A DNA stretch of 64,000 nt, from contig CAKUMQ010000009.1 of the NCBI GenBank assembly GCA_934667845.1, positions 1,369 to 65,368 of the forward strand, read 5' to 3'. Of this stretch, positions 33,432 to 42,465 are shown in pieces. Below the pieces are notes generated by a model. That model was given only the letters and a program-made list of their open reading frames with translations. It was not told the origin of the DNA and did not search any database. The translations under genes were made by a program, and so were the position numbers. Each line of letters begins with the position of its first letter. Positions within the stretch are counted from its first letter, which is position 1. The stretch is from an uncultured Eubacteriales bacterium. Lineage in GTDB: Bacteria > Bacillota > Clostridia > Oscillospirales > Acutalibacteraceae.

Positions 33432-35417
33432 ATGAAGATCGGGAAGGGAGTTTTGGGCGTGCTGGCTTTGGGGATATGCGCTTCTCTGCTGGCGGGAGCG
33501 GCGCCTGCGGTGTCGGCAGCCGACACGAGCAGTCCGCTGTACGGAAAGACCGCCCTGTTTTGCGGCGATTCCATCGGCTGGGGGCAATGGGACGACGGCA
33601 AACGGCTGGCATTTGCCGGACGCATCGCCGAACAGTACGGCATGAAGGTGAAAAATGAGTCGGTGGGCGGCAGCAGCTTTACGCCGGTGCGCAGCGAGCG
33701 GATCATCGACCAGATCAAGCCGAAGCGCAGCAAGACAGCCTATGACTATGTGATCCTGCAGGGCGGCGTCAACGATGCCTGGGGCAACGTGACCACCGGC
33801 GAGACCGCGCCGGTCGGCAAGGTGACGGATTCGTTCGACGTCAAACAGTTCAACACCAAGACCTATGCGGGCGCGCTGGAGGAGTTTTTCTATTACACCT
33901 TCCGGTATTACCCGAATGCCCGCGTGGGGTATATCTACACCTTTGCCACACCGACGAGTGGTCTCGGGCGCACAGGCGATATGAGCGAATATTACGCGGC
34001 GGCGGATGCGGTGTGCGCCAAGTGGGGCGTGCAGGTGCTCGACCTCTACCATGACCGCTATGTGTCCAACACGATGCTGGAGGTCAAAACGGCGCCGAAC
34101 GCCTATCTCAAGGATGCGCTGCATCCCACGGCGGCGGGCTATGACCGGCTGGCGCCGTATATCGGCGCGTGGATGGAGCGTATGCCCGATACAAAGACCT
34201 ATAAGGAAAACCCGTATGCCAACAAGCGCGTGCTGTTTTTGGGGGATTCCATCTGCGCCGGTTACGGCGACGACCAGAAGCGCGAGGTTTTAGGTTGGGC
34301 GGGCCGCATGCAGGACCTGATCGGCATCCGCGCCGACAACCGCGCCATCAGCGGGCTTTCGCTGTCCACGATCCGTTCCGCCCGTGTGATCGACCCGATG
34401 AAAACAGCGCCGGAAAACGCCTATGACTATGTGATCATGCACGGTGGCATCAACGACGCCTGGGGCAACAACTTCAAGGAGACCCCGCCCGCACCGGCGG
34501 GAAAAATGACAAATTCCTACAGCCCGGTGGATTTTGACATTTCCACGGTGGCGGGCGCGCTGGAGGAGCTGTTTTTCAACGCCTATCTGCGTTTTCCGAG
34601 TGCCCGCCTCGGCTTCATCATCAATTTTGACCTGCGCAGCGACAAGGATATGGGGCTGTATGACGACGTGGTGCGCCAGATCTGCAGGAAGTGGAATGTC
34701 GCCTGTCTGGATCTGCAAAACGACAGCTATGTGACGAAAACGCTGCTGAACAACTATTCCGAGGTCTATCTGCCGGACGGCGCCCACCCCTCGGCAAAGG
34801 GCTACGATCAGCTGACGCCGTATATCATCAAGTGGTTCAAGACGATTCCCTATGCCGATATCAGTGCCTTTGAGAGCAAGATGCCGGTCACGGATAAGGT
34901 GCCGAAGGCGGAGGATACCGAGGCGGTCGAATACTGTATCAGCAAGATCGGCAAGGTGACGGCGCAGAATTACCGCGAAAAGCGGGAGCTGATCGAGGAA
35001 GCGGAGGATCAGCTGGACTATTATCTGGTCGTATACGGCAAGCCCTGCGTGATCTACATAAAAAATTATGCGGAGCTGCGGGCGGCGCGAAACGCCTATG
35101 AGCAGTTTGCCAAGGCAGGAACGACGGCAGGCGGTAAGAAAAATACCACGGCGGGGACAAAGGCGACGACCGCTGCCGGTACGGCGGGGGCGACGGTGCC
35201 GCAGCCGACGGCGGCAGAGGACAGCGCCGCATCCTCCCCGGCACCGACGGAATCGGGTGCCCTGCCCGCGGATACAACGACGGCGGCAGAGTCCTCCGCG
35301 GCGGCAAAGCCCGCAGACGGGACGCCGTGGGGGTGGATCGGCGGCGGGATCGCCGCCGTGCTCGCGGCAGCCGGTGCGGCGGTCGCGGTGATCCTGCGCA
35401 GGCGCAAAACACGATAA
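33432..35417 (+). CDS. Membrane-anchored secreted protein with two tandem SGNH/GDSL hydrolase domains (putative glycan acetyl-esterase)
   Basis: The block I motifs are FCGDSIGWG and FLGDSICAGYG. The block V motifs are DALHPTAAGY and DGAHPSAKGY. One helical module, a T/A/P-rich linker and a C-terminal TM (IGGGIAAVLAAAGAAVAVILRRRK) follow. The start is ATG 33432, after AGGAGG. Confidence 0.85.
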   Translation: MKIGKGVLGVLALGICASLLAGAAPAVSAADTSSPLYGKTALFCGDSIGWGQWDDGKRLAFAGRIAEQYGMKVKNESVGGSSFTPVRSERIIDQIKPKRSKTAYDYVILQGGVNDAWGNVTTGETAPVGKVTDSFDVKQFNTKTYAGALEEFFYYTFRYYPNARVGYIYTFATPTSGLGRTGDMSEYYAAADAVCAKWGVQVLDLYHDRYVSNTMLEVKTAPNAYLKDALHPTAAGYDRLAPYIGAWMERMPDTKTYKENPYANKRVLFLGDSICAGYGDDQKREVLGWAGRMQDLIGIRADNRAISGLSLSTIRSARVIDPMKTAPENAYDYVIMHGGINDAWGNNFKETPPAPAGKMTNSYSPVDFDISTVAGALEELFFNAYLRFPSARLGFIINFDLRSDKDMGLYDDVVRQICRKWNVACLDLQNDSYVTKTLLNNYSEVYLPDGAHPSAKGYDQLTPYIIKWFKTIPYADISAFESKMPVTDKVPKAEDTEAVEYCISKIGKVTAQNYREKRELIEEAEDQLDYYLVVYGKPCVIYIKNYAELRAARNAYEQFAKAGTTAGGKKNTTAGTKATTAAGTAGATVPQPTAAEDSAASSPAPTESGALPADTTTAAESSAAAKPADGTPWGWIGGGIAAVLAAAGAAVAVILRRRKTR

Positions 35418-35428
35418 CGGATAAACGA

Positions 35429-35511
35429 AGACCCGGCTTTGCGGTTCAAAATAAACCGCAAAGCCGGGTCTGTTTTTGTCCCCCCCTGCGGAAATTTTTC
35501 CGCAGGGGGAC
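35429..35511. terminator. Pair of stem-loops between the convergent esterase and hydA genes
   Basis: The first is a perfect 16-bp stem, AGACCCGGCTTTGCGG...CCGCAAAGCCGGGTCT, followed by GTTTTT (plus direction). The second stem is GTCCCCC(cc)TGCGG...CCGCAGGGGGAC. Confidence 0.65.
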
Positions 35512-35533
35512 AGAGCAGGCGTCAAAATTCCGC

Positions 35534-37273
35534 TCAGCGGAACTTTTTGCGCGCCGTATAGCTCGTGTGCAGGATGTGATGCGCCTTTTCGCCGCCAAAG
35601 CCGTCAAAATACTCGGCATACAGCGCCTTGACGACCGGAGACTCGTGGGACTTGCGCAGCTTCGACGCCTTGTCAGCGTCGTACAGCGCCTTGGCCCGCA
35701 GCGCCTTGATGTCCACGGTGTTGCGGACATAGCCCGGCTGAATGGGCTGGCCGCCGCCGTTGACGCAGCCGCCCGGGCAGCCCATGATCTCGATGAAGCT
35801 CCAAGGGGCGGTGCCGTCCTTCACGCGGCTCATGACGTAGTTCGCCGCTGCCGCGCCGCTCGCGACGCAGACCTTCAGCTCGGTGCCGGCGATGGTGTAG
35901 GTGGCCTCCTTCAGCCCGGCGGTGCCGCGCACTTCGGTAAAGTCGACGTCCTCGTTGTCCTTGCCGGTCAGCCAGTCGTTGGCGGTACGCAGTGCCGCCT
36001 CCATCACCCCGCCGGTCGCGCCGAAGATCAGTGCCGCGCCGGTATCCTCGCCGAGCGGGGAATCAAATTCCTCCTCCGGCAGAGCGGTAAAGCGGATGCC
36101 CGCCCGCTCAATCATGCGCGCTAACTCGCGGGTGGTAATGGAAATGTCGATATCCGGCACGCCCGCCGCCGCCTGATCGTCGCGGCCGATCTCAAACTTC
36201 TTCGCGGTGCAGGGCATCACGGAGACGTTGACGATGTTCTGCGGGTCGATGCCCATTTTCTCGGCATAGTAGGTCTTGATGGTCGCGCCCGCCATCTGCT
36301 GCGGCGACTTGCAGGTGGAGAGATTTTTCAGCTGCTCCGGATAGTAATACTCGGCAAATTTGACCCAGCCGGGGGAGCAGGAGGTGATCATCGGCAGCGC
36401 GCCGCCGTTTTTCATGCGCTGCACCAGCTCGTTTGCCTCCTCCACGATCGTGAGGTCGGCGGCAAAGTCGGTATCGAACACCTTGTCAAAGCCGAGACGG
36501 CGCAGGGCGGCGACCATCTGCCCTTCGACATTGGTGCCGATGGGATAGCCGAAGCTCTCGCCGAGGCCCGCGCGCACAGAGGGCGCGGTGGTGACGATAA
36601 CGGTCTTGTCGGGATCGGCGAGCGCCGCCCAGACCTTGTCGGTGTCGTCCCGCTCGGTCAGCGCGCCGGTCGGGCAGACGTTGATGCACTGACCGCAGGA
36701 GATGCAGGGCACATCGGCGAGATCCTTTTCAAACGCGCAGGCGATGTGCGTGTCGATGCCGCGGTCGTTGGCGCCGATGACCGACACAAACTGCTGCTTG
36801 CAGGCTGCCACGCAGCGGCGGCAGAGGATGCACTTGTTGTTGTTGCGCACGAGGTGGGCGCAGGAGGTGTCCGGCTCGTAGTGAGGGGCGTAGCCCTCAA
36901 AGCTCGATTCCTCAACGCCGTAGTCGCGGCAGAGCTTCTGCAGCTCGCAGTTGCCGGAGCGGACGCAGGAGAGACATTTTTTCTCGTGGGTGGAGAGGAT
37001 CATCTCCAGCGTCGTGCGGCGGCATTTCTGCACCTTTTCGGTGTTGGTTCTGATCTCCATCCCCTCGGCAACGGGATAGACGCAGGCGGTCACAAGGCCG
37101 CGCGCACCGGTCGCCTCGACGACGCAGATGCGGCAGGCGCCGATCTCATTGATATCCTTTAAAAAGCACAGGGTCGGGATCTCCACCCCGGCGGCGCGAG
37201 CCGCCTCCAGAATGGTGGAGCCTTTCGGGACGCTGACGGCGATCCCGTTGACCTTTACATTGACCATATCCAT
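35534..37273 (-). CDS. hydA: [FeFe] hydrogenase catalytic subunit (multi-cluster HydA/HndD type)
   Basis: It has an N-terminal 2Fe-2S ferredoxin fold (VNVKVNGIAVSVPKGSTILEAA...CFLKDINEIGACRIC) and two 4Fe-4S CxxCxxCxxxCP motifs. The H-cluster motifs are TSCSPGW, MPCTAKKFE and EIMGCPGGCVNGGGQP. I chose ATG 37273 (GGAG RBS); the ORF-track start at 37276 is TTG. Confidence 0.9.
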   Translation of the reverse strand: MDMVNVKVNGIAVSVPKGSTILEAARAAGVEIPTLCFLKDINEIGACRICVVEATGARGLVTACVYPVAEGMEIRTNTEKVQKCRRTTLEMILSTHEKKCLSCVRSGNCELQKLCRDYGVEESSFEGYAPHYEPDTSCAHLVRNNNKCILCRRCVAACKQQFVSVIGANDRGIDTHIACAFEKDLADVPCISCGQCINVCPTGALTERDDTDKVWAALADPDKTVIVTTAPSVRAGLGESFGYPIGTNVEGQMVAALRRLGFDKVFDTDFAADLTIVEEANELVQRMKNGGALPMITSCSPGWVKFAEYYYPEQLKNLSTCKSPQQMAGATIKTYYAEKMGIDPQNIVNVSVMPCTAKKFEIGRDDQAAAGVPDIDISITTRELARMIERAGIRFTALPEEEFDSPLGEDTGAALIFGATGGVMEAALRTANDWLTGKDNEDVDFTEVRGTAGLKEATYTIAGTELKVCVASGAAAANYVMSRVKDGTAPWSFIEIMGCPGGCVNGGGQPIQPGYVRNTVDIKALRAKALYDADKASKLRKSHESPVVKALYAEYFDGFGGEKAHHILHTSYTARKKFR

Positions 37274-37290
37274 CAAAAGCAGCTCCTTTC

Positions 37291-39183
37291 TCAGATCTTC
37301 TCAATTGCGCCGAATTTGCAGCCGTCCACACAGGCGCCGCACTTGAGGCACTTCGCCGGGTCGATCTGCATGGAGGGCAGCTTGTGACCGGGCGCGGTGT
37401 AATCGGTCTTGGCGATCGCGTCAGCCGGGCAGTTGCGGGCGCACTTGCCGCAGCCGATGCACTTGTCCTGATCAATATGGAAGGTCAGCAGGTGCTTGCA
37501 GACGCCGGCGGGGCATTTTTTGTCCACCACATGCGCCACATATTCGTCGCGGAAGAAGCGCAGCGTCGCCAAAACGGGGTTCGGCGCGGTCTGGCCGAGG
37601 CCGCACAGGGAGTTTGTCTTGATGTACTGGCACAGCTCCTCCATCTTGTCGAGGTCCTCGAGCGTGCCCTTGCCGCGGGTGATCTTGTCCAGCATCTCCA
37701 GCAGGCGCTTGGTGCCGACACGGCAGGGGGTGCACTTGCCGCAGGACTCGTCCACGGTGAATTCGAGGAAGAATTTCGCCATATCGACCATGCAGGTGTC
37801 CTCGTCCATGACGATCAGACCGCCCGAGCCCATCATGCAGCCGATGGCGATCAGGTTGTCGTAGTCCACCTCGGTGTCGATCAGGCTGGCGGGAATACAG
37901 CCGCCGGAGGGGCCGCCCGTCTGCGCCGCCTTGAACTTTTTGCCGTTCGGGATGCCGCCGCCGATCTCTTCGACGATCTCGCGCAGCGTGGTGCCCATCG
38001 GGATCTCCACAAGGCCGGTATGCTTGATCTTGCCGCCCAGCGCGAACACCTTGGTGCCCTTGGAGCGCTCGGTGCCCATGGAGGCAAACCACTCCGCGCC
38101 GCGCAGGATGATCTGCGGGACGTTCGCAAAGGTCTCAACGTTGTTTTCCACGGTGGGGCAGCCGAACAGACCCTTGACCGCCGGATAGGGCGGACGGGGA
38201 CGCGGCTCGCCGCGGTTGCCCTCGATGGAGGTCATCAGCGCGGTCTCCTCGCCGCAGACGAATGCGCCTGCGCCCAGACGGATCTCCATGTCGAAGTCAA
38301 AGCCGGAGCCGAAGATGTTTTCGCCGAGAATACCGGCGGCGCGCGCCTCGTCGATCGCGACCTGCAGGCGGTGAACGGCGATCGGGTATTCGGCGCGGAC
38401 ATAGACAAAGCCCTTGGTCGCGCCGATGGCATAGCCCGCGATCGCCATGGCTTCGACGATGCAGTGGGGGTCGCCCTCGAGGACCGAGCGATCCATGAAG
38501 GCGCCGGGGTCGCCCTCGTCGGCGTTGCAGACGACATATTTCTGCGGGGCTTTGTTCGGCGCGGTGAGCGCCCATTTGCGGCCGGTGGGGAATCCGCCGC
38601 CGCCGCGGCCGCGCAGTCCGGAATCGGTGATGACCTGGATGACCTGCTCCGGCGTGTACTCGGTCAGCACCTTGCCGAGCGCCTGATAGCCGTCGGTGGC
38701 AATGTATTCCTCGAGCGACTCGGGGTCGATAACGCCGCAGTTGCGCAGCGCCACGCGGTTTTGCCGGCGGTAGAAGGGGGTCGCATCGAGCGGCAGAATC
38801 TCGTCACCTTTGACCGTCTCATCATACAGAAGACGGGTCACGACGTTGCCCTTGGCAAGATGCTCGGTCACGATCTCGTGGACATTTTCCACTTTCATCA
38901 TGGAGTAGAAGGAACCCTCGGGATAGACGATCATGATGGGGCCGAGGGCGCAAAGACCGAAGCAGCCCGTGCGGACGACCTCCACGCGGTCGGACAGCCC
39001 CTGCGCTTCAATCTCGGTATGCAGCGTCTGGATGATCTCCTCGCTGTGAGAGGATGTGCAGCCCGTACCGCCGCAGACCAGCACATGCCGCCGGGTTACG
39101 CTGTCCGGCTTGTGCTGTTTGCGGACACTGATGACGTCGCGGTACTGTTCGCGGACGGCATTCAGCTCTTCCAGAGTTTTCAT
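37291..39183 (-). CDS. hydB: NuoF-like flavoprotein subunit of bifurcating-type hydrogenase (HydB/HndC)
   Basis: The N-terminus is a thioredoxin-like 2Fe-2S domain (HVLVCGGTGCTSS...CFGLCALGP). The NADH/FMN motifs are GRGGGGFPTGRKW and GAGAFVCGEETAL. The C-terminus has two CxxCxxCxxxC ferredoxin motifs. The start is ATG 39183 (MKTLEELNAV). Confidence 0.9.
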   Translation of the reverse strand: MKTLEELNAVREQYRDVISVRKQHKPDSVTRRHVLVCGGTGCTSSHSEEIIQTLHTEIEAQGLSDRVEVVRTGCFGLCALGPIMIVYPEGSFYSMMKVENVHEIVTEHLAKGNVVTRLLYDETVKGDEILPLDATPFYRRQNRVALRNCGVIDPESLEEYIATDGYQALGKVLTEYTPEQVIQVITDSGLRGRGGGGFPTGRKWALTAPNKAPQKYVVCNADEGDPGAFMDRSVLEGDPHCIVEAMAIAGYAIGATKGFVYVRAEYPIAVHRLQVAIDEARAAGILGENIFGSGFDFDMEIRLGAGAFVCGEETALMTSIEGNRGEPRPRPPYPAVKGLFGCPTVENNVETFANVPQIILRGAEWFASMGTERSKGTKVFALGGKIKHTGLVEIPMGTTLREIVEEIGGGIPNGKKFKAAQTGGPSGGCIPASLIDTEVDYDNLIAIGCMMGSGGLIVMDEDTCMVDMAKFFLEFTVDESCGKCTPCRVGTKRLLEMLDKITRGKGTLEDLDKMEELCQYIKTNSLCGLGQTAPNPVLATLRFFRDEYVAHVVDKKCPAGVCKHLLTFHIDQDKCIGCGKCARNCPADAIAKTDYTAPGHKLPSMQIDPAKCLKCGACVDGCKFGAIEKI

Positions 39184-39277
39184 GCGTGCAGTCAACACCT
39201 TTCTGTTAGTTGCTTTCCCCAGCGCGGCGGAAAGCACGTTCACGCCGCCATTACCCTATGTGCGGCATAACATATCC

Positions 39278-39298
39278 AGTATATCATGTTTTACATGA
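39278..39298 (-). promoter_or_regulatory. Extended -10 promoter element (TGaTATACT) for hydBA with a 15-bp palindrome in the spacer
   Basis: The minus strand reads TCATGTAAAACATGATATACT. The -10 is 39278-39283, and the palindrome TCATGT-nnn-ACATGA is 39284-39298. There is no good -35. Confidence 0.35.
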
Positions 39299-39591
39299 AA
39301 AGAAAAGTCTTTTTTCGCCTTTTCCCCGGCGGGGATGGAGAAAAAAGGCGGATATTTTTGTGAAAAAGGCCCATGCCGGTCGGGAGCGGCGGCAAAAAGC
39401 GGAGCGGCGGCTTCTGCTTTGCGCATGCCGACAGGCATTTGTGCCTGCGTCGGTATGCGCACTCCCGTATAGGCATACAAATTTGGATGGCTTTGTATGC
39501 AAATTTACCATGATCCGGTAATTCTGGCAGGGAGACCAAGCGGAAAATGTCCGAAAAAACGCTTTGAATGTCCCAAATGTCTCTTTTTTAC

Positions 39592-39620
39592 TTGACCAAA
39601 CCTCTTTTTTTCGGTATAAT
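39592..39620 (+). promoter_or_regulatory. Sigma-A promoter for the second GH38 gene
   Basis: TTGACC (39592-39597), 17 nt spacer, TATAAT (39615-39620). This leaves a leader of about 185 nt. Confidence 0.55.
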
Positions 39621-39811
39621 ATAGGAGCAAATAACAGTTTTTTTGCGGCAAAACGGCGAACAATGCCGATTTGTAAGACAGCTTGACCGGCTTGGGAGAT
39701 ATCTCCGTCCGGTCAATACGAAAGGGCGGCGGCTGTCGGCTCCTTTTGTGCGTATACAGACAGCCAAAGGCGGATATTCCCTTTTAAATTCAACAAGCGG
39801 AGAGTGACACA

Positions 39812-42397
39812 ATGGAAAAGAAAACGCTGCATATCATTCCCCACTCCCATTGGGACCGGGAATGGTATATGGGCTTTGAACGTCATCGGATGCGTCTCGT
39901 GGAGCTGTTTGACACGCTGATCCGGGTGATGGAGGAAAACCCCGACTACACCTATTACCACATGGACGGGCAGTATGTCGTGATCCAGGACTACTTAGAG
40001 GTGCGTCCGCAGATGAAGGACCGTCTGCTGGCGCTGATCCGCGCCGACCGGATCCAGGTCGGGCCGTGGTATGTGCTGCAGGATGAATACCTCACCTCGG
40101 GCGAGTCGAATGTCCGCAACATGCTCTACGGCATCCGACTCTGCCGCGAGCTTGGCGCCGATCCCGTGATGACGGGCTATTTCCCCGATGCGTTCGGCAA
40201 TATTTCGCAGGTGCCGCAGATCCTGCGCGGCTTCGGCATCGACAATGCCGCTTTCGGGCGCGGCGTCAGCGAGGTCGGCGCGGACAACGCCATCGGCGTC
40301 AAGCGCAACCCCTCGGAGTGGCGCTGGCGCTCCCCCGACGGCAGCGAGGTCGTCGGCGTGATGTTTGCCCACTGGTACCATAACGCCATGGAGCTGCCGA
40401 CCGACAAGGAGAAGCTCGCGCCGCGTCTTGAAACGCTGATCCGCGATTGTGAAGCCTCCGCCTACACCCCGCATCTGCTCGGACTCAACGGCTGCGACCA
40501 TGAGCCGGTGCAGACGGATCTGCCCGAGGTGATCAAAGCGGCAAACGAGCTGCTGGCCGGGCAGGATATCACGGTCAGGCAGAGCAATTTCAAGGAGTAC
40601 GTCGCGGCGGTCAAGCCCTATGCAGCGTCGTTTCCGCAGGTCACGGGCGAACTGAACGGGCAGGGCACCAACGGTATGCACCTGCTGATCAACACCGCCT
40701 CGACCCATATTCCGCTGAAGCAGCGCAACCACCGCGGGCAGAACCTGCTGACGCAGCAGGCGGAGCCGATCAGCGTGCTTGCCGCCCGCGAGGGGGATAC
40801 CTATCGCGACGATATGCTGCTGTTCGCGTGGAAAAAGCTGATGGAGAACCATCCGCACGATTCCATCTGCAGCTGCAGCAGCGACGAGGTCACCGATGAG
40901 ATGGTCTCCCGCTTTGAGCATTCCCGCCAGGTCGGCGAGTATGTGCGCGACGAGGCGATGGACTATCTGCGGCACCATGTGACCGCGGCGGAAAAAAGCG
41001 TGCTTGTCTGCCATACGACGGCGGGAACCGAGACGGCGACAGTGACCGCGACGCTCGATTATCCCGAGGACAAAGCGGCGCTGACGGCGGTATCGCTGAT
41101 CGCGCCGGACGGCACGGTGATTCCCGCCGTGCTGCAGGACAACGGCCGCACCTTTACCTATACGCTGCCGAAGACCACGTTTCGCAAGCCGCGCTATGTC
41201 CACCGCTACACCGTCACCTTCCCGGTGACGATGACCGGTATCGGCTATGCGCTGTATACCGTGCGGGAGGAGGCTGCCCCTGCGGCTGCCGCGATCACCG
41301 TGACGGCGCGCGGTGCCGAGACCGCGACCATGAAGCTCGCCTTTGCCGAAAACGGCACGTTTGCCGTGACCGATAAGAAGAGCGGCGTGACCTACAGCGG
41401 GCTGAACGAATATGAGGACGTTGCCGATGCCGGCGAATCCTATAACTTTGTCCCGCTGGCGGATGATGTGCCGGTGTCCACGGCGGCGGATACGGCGCGC
41501 ATCTGGATCGAGCGGCAGTCCCCGGTTTCGGTGACGTTCGGCGTGGAAAACCGCTGGGCGCTGCCGGTCGGGCGCGACGGCAAGGCGCGCAAGACGGAGA
41601 CGGTCGAGACCGTGATCACGGCGTTTGTCACGCTGACGGCGGGGATCGACCGCGTGGACGTGCGCACGACATTTGACAATCAGAGCGAGGATCACCGTGT
41701 GCGCGCGCTGTTCCGCCCGCATATCGAGACGGAAAAGAGCCTCGCCGACGGACAGTTTGACCTCGTTGAGCGCGGCATCACGCCGTGGAAGGAGTGGATC
41801 AACCCGTCGAACTGCCAGCGCTGCCAGGCGTTTTTCGCGCTGGAGGATGCCGCGCGCGGACTGGCTGTGGCGGGACGCGGACTGCATGAGTTTGAGATCC
41901 TGCGCGACGGCGAGAATACGATGGCGCTGACGCTGCTGCGCTGCGTGGGGCATATGGGCGACTGGGGCGTGTTCCCGACGCCGCACATGCAGTGCAAGGG
42001 CGTACAGACGCTGGAATATGCGGTGGTGCCGTATGCGGCGGCAAACCGCGAGCAGGCGTTTGCGCTGGCGCACAGCTTTGCAGACGATGCCTTTGTCACG
42101 GGCGATGTGGACGCGCAGGCGGGCAGCCTGCCGCCCGTGCAGACGCTGGTCGCCGTGGATGCGCCCGCGCTCGTGACCTCCGCCTGCAAGCGCAGCGAGG
42201 ATAAGCGCGCGACGGTGCTGCGTCTGTATAATCCGCTTTGCCGCGATGTGGACGCCACGCTGACGCTGGATTCCGCCGTGAAAGAGCTGTATGCGTCCGA
42301 CCTCGCGGAAAACGAGGGCGAGGCGCTGCCGATCGCGGACGGCAAGGCGAAGTTGACGGTTCCCGCCAAAAAAATTGTGACCTATCGGTTCCGCTGA
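39812..42397 (+). CDS. Glycoside hydrolase family 38 alpha-mannosidase (cytoplasmic MngB-like architecture)
   Basis: 861 aa with no signal peptide. LHIIPHSHWDREWYMGFE is the GH38 N-terminal signature, and MENHPHDSICSCS is also present. The RBS is GGAGAG. Confidence 0.9.
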   Translation: MEKKTLHIIPHSHWDREWYMGFERHRMRLVELFDTLIRVMEENPDYTYYHMDGQYVVIQDYLEVRPQMKDRLLALIRADRIQVGPWYVLQDEYLTSGESNVRNMLYGIRLCRELGADPVMTGYFPDAFGNISQVPQILRGFGIDNAAFGRGVSEVGADNAIGVKRNPSEWRWRSPDGSEVVGVMFAHWYHNAMELPTDKEKLAPRLETLIRDCEASAYTPHLLGLNGCDHEPVQTDLPEVIKAANELLAGQDITVRQSNFKEYVAAVKPYAASFPQVTGELNGQGTNGMHLLINTASTHIPLKQRNHRGQNLLTQQAEPISVLAAREGDTYRDDMLLFAWKKLMENHPHDSICSCSSDEVTDEMVSRFEHSRQVGEYVRDEAMDYLRHHVTAAEKSVLVCHTTAGTETATVTATLDYPEDKAALTAVSLIAPDGTVIPAVLQDNGRTFTYTLPKTTFRKPRYVHRYTVTFPVTMTGIGYALYTVREEAAPAAAAITVTARGAETATMKLAFAENGTFAVTDKKSGVTYSGLNEYEDVADAGESYNFVPLADDVPVSTAADTARIWIERQSPVSVTFGVENRWALPVGRDGKARKTETVETVITAFVTLTAGIDRVDVRTTFDNQSEDHRVRALFRPHIETEKSLADGQFDLVERGITPWKEWINPSNCQRCQAFFALEDAARGLAVAGRGLHEFEILRDGENTMALTLLRCVGHMGDWGVFPTPHMQCKGVQTLEYAVVPYAAANREQAFALAHSFADDAFVTGDVDAQAGSLPPVQTLVAVDAPALVTSACKRSEDKRATVLRLYNPLCRDVDATLTLDSAVKELYASDLAENEGEALPIADGKAKLTVPAKKIVTYRFR

Positions 42398-42410
42398 GAC
42401 CGGGCAAAAA

Positions 42411-42456
42411 ACCGACCCGCACAGGGGTACTCCCTGTGCGGGTCGGTCTGTTTTTT
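42411..42456. terminator. Bidirectional rho-independent terminator
   Basis: A perfect 16-bp stem, ACCGACCCGCACAGGG-gtact-CCCTGTGCGGGTCGGT, is flanked by AAAAA and TTTTTT. Confidence 0.85.
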
Positions 42457-42465
42457 CAGGATAAT

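Noticed and set aside
39352-39370. A Rex-type operator near the hydrogenase promoter (a TTGTGAA half-site at about 39356).
   Set aside because: Only one half-site is present, and there is no inverted TTCACAA partner at the required spacing.
39244-39590. A degraded hydC (NuoE-like) pseudogene upstream of hydB.
   Set aside because: None of the six frames in this stretch shows the Cx4C...Cx3C 2Fe-2S pattern or any NuoE-like segment.
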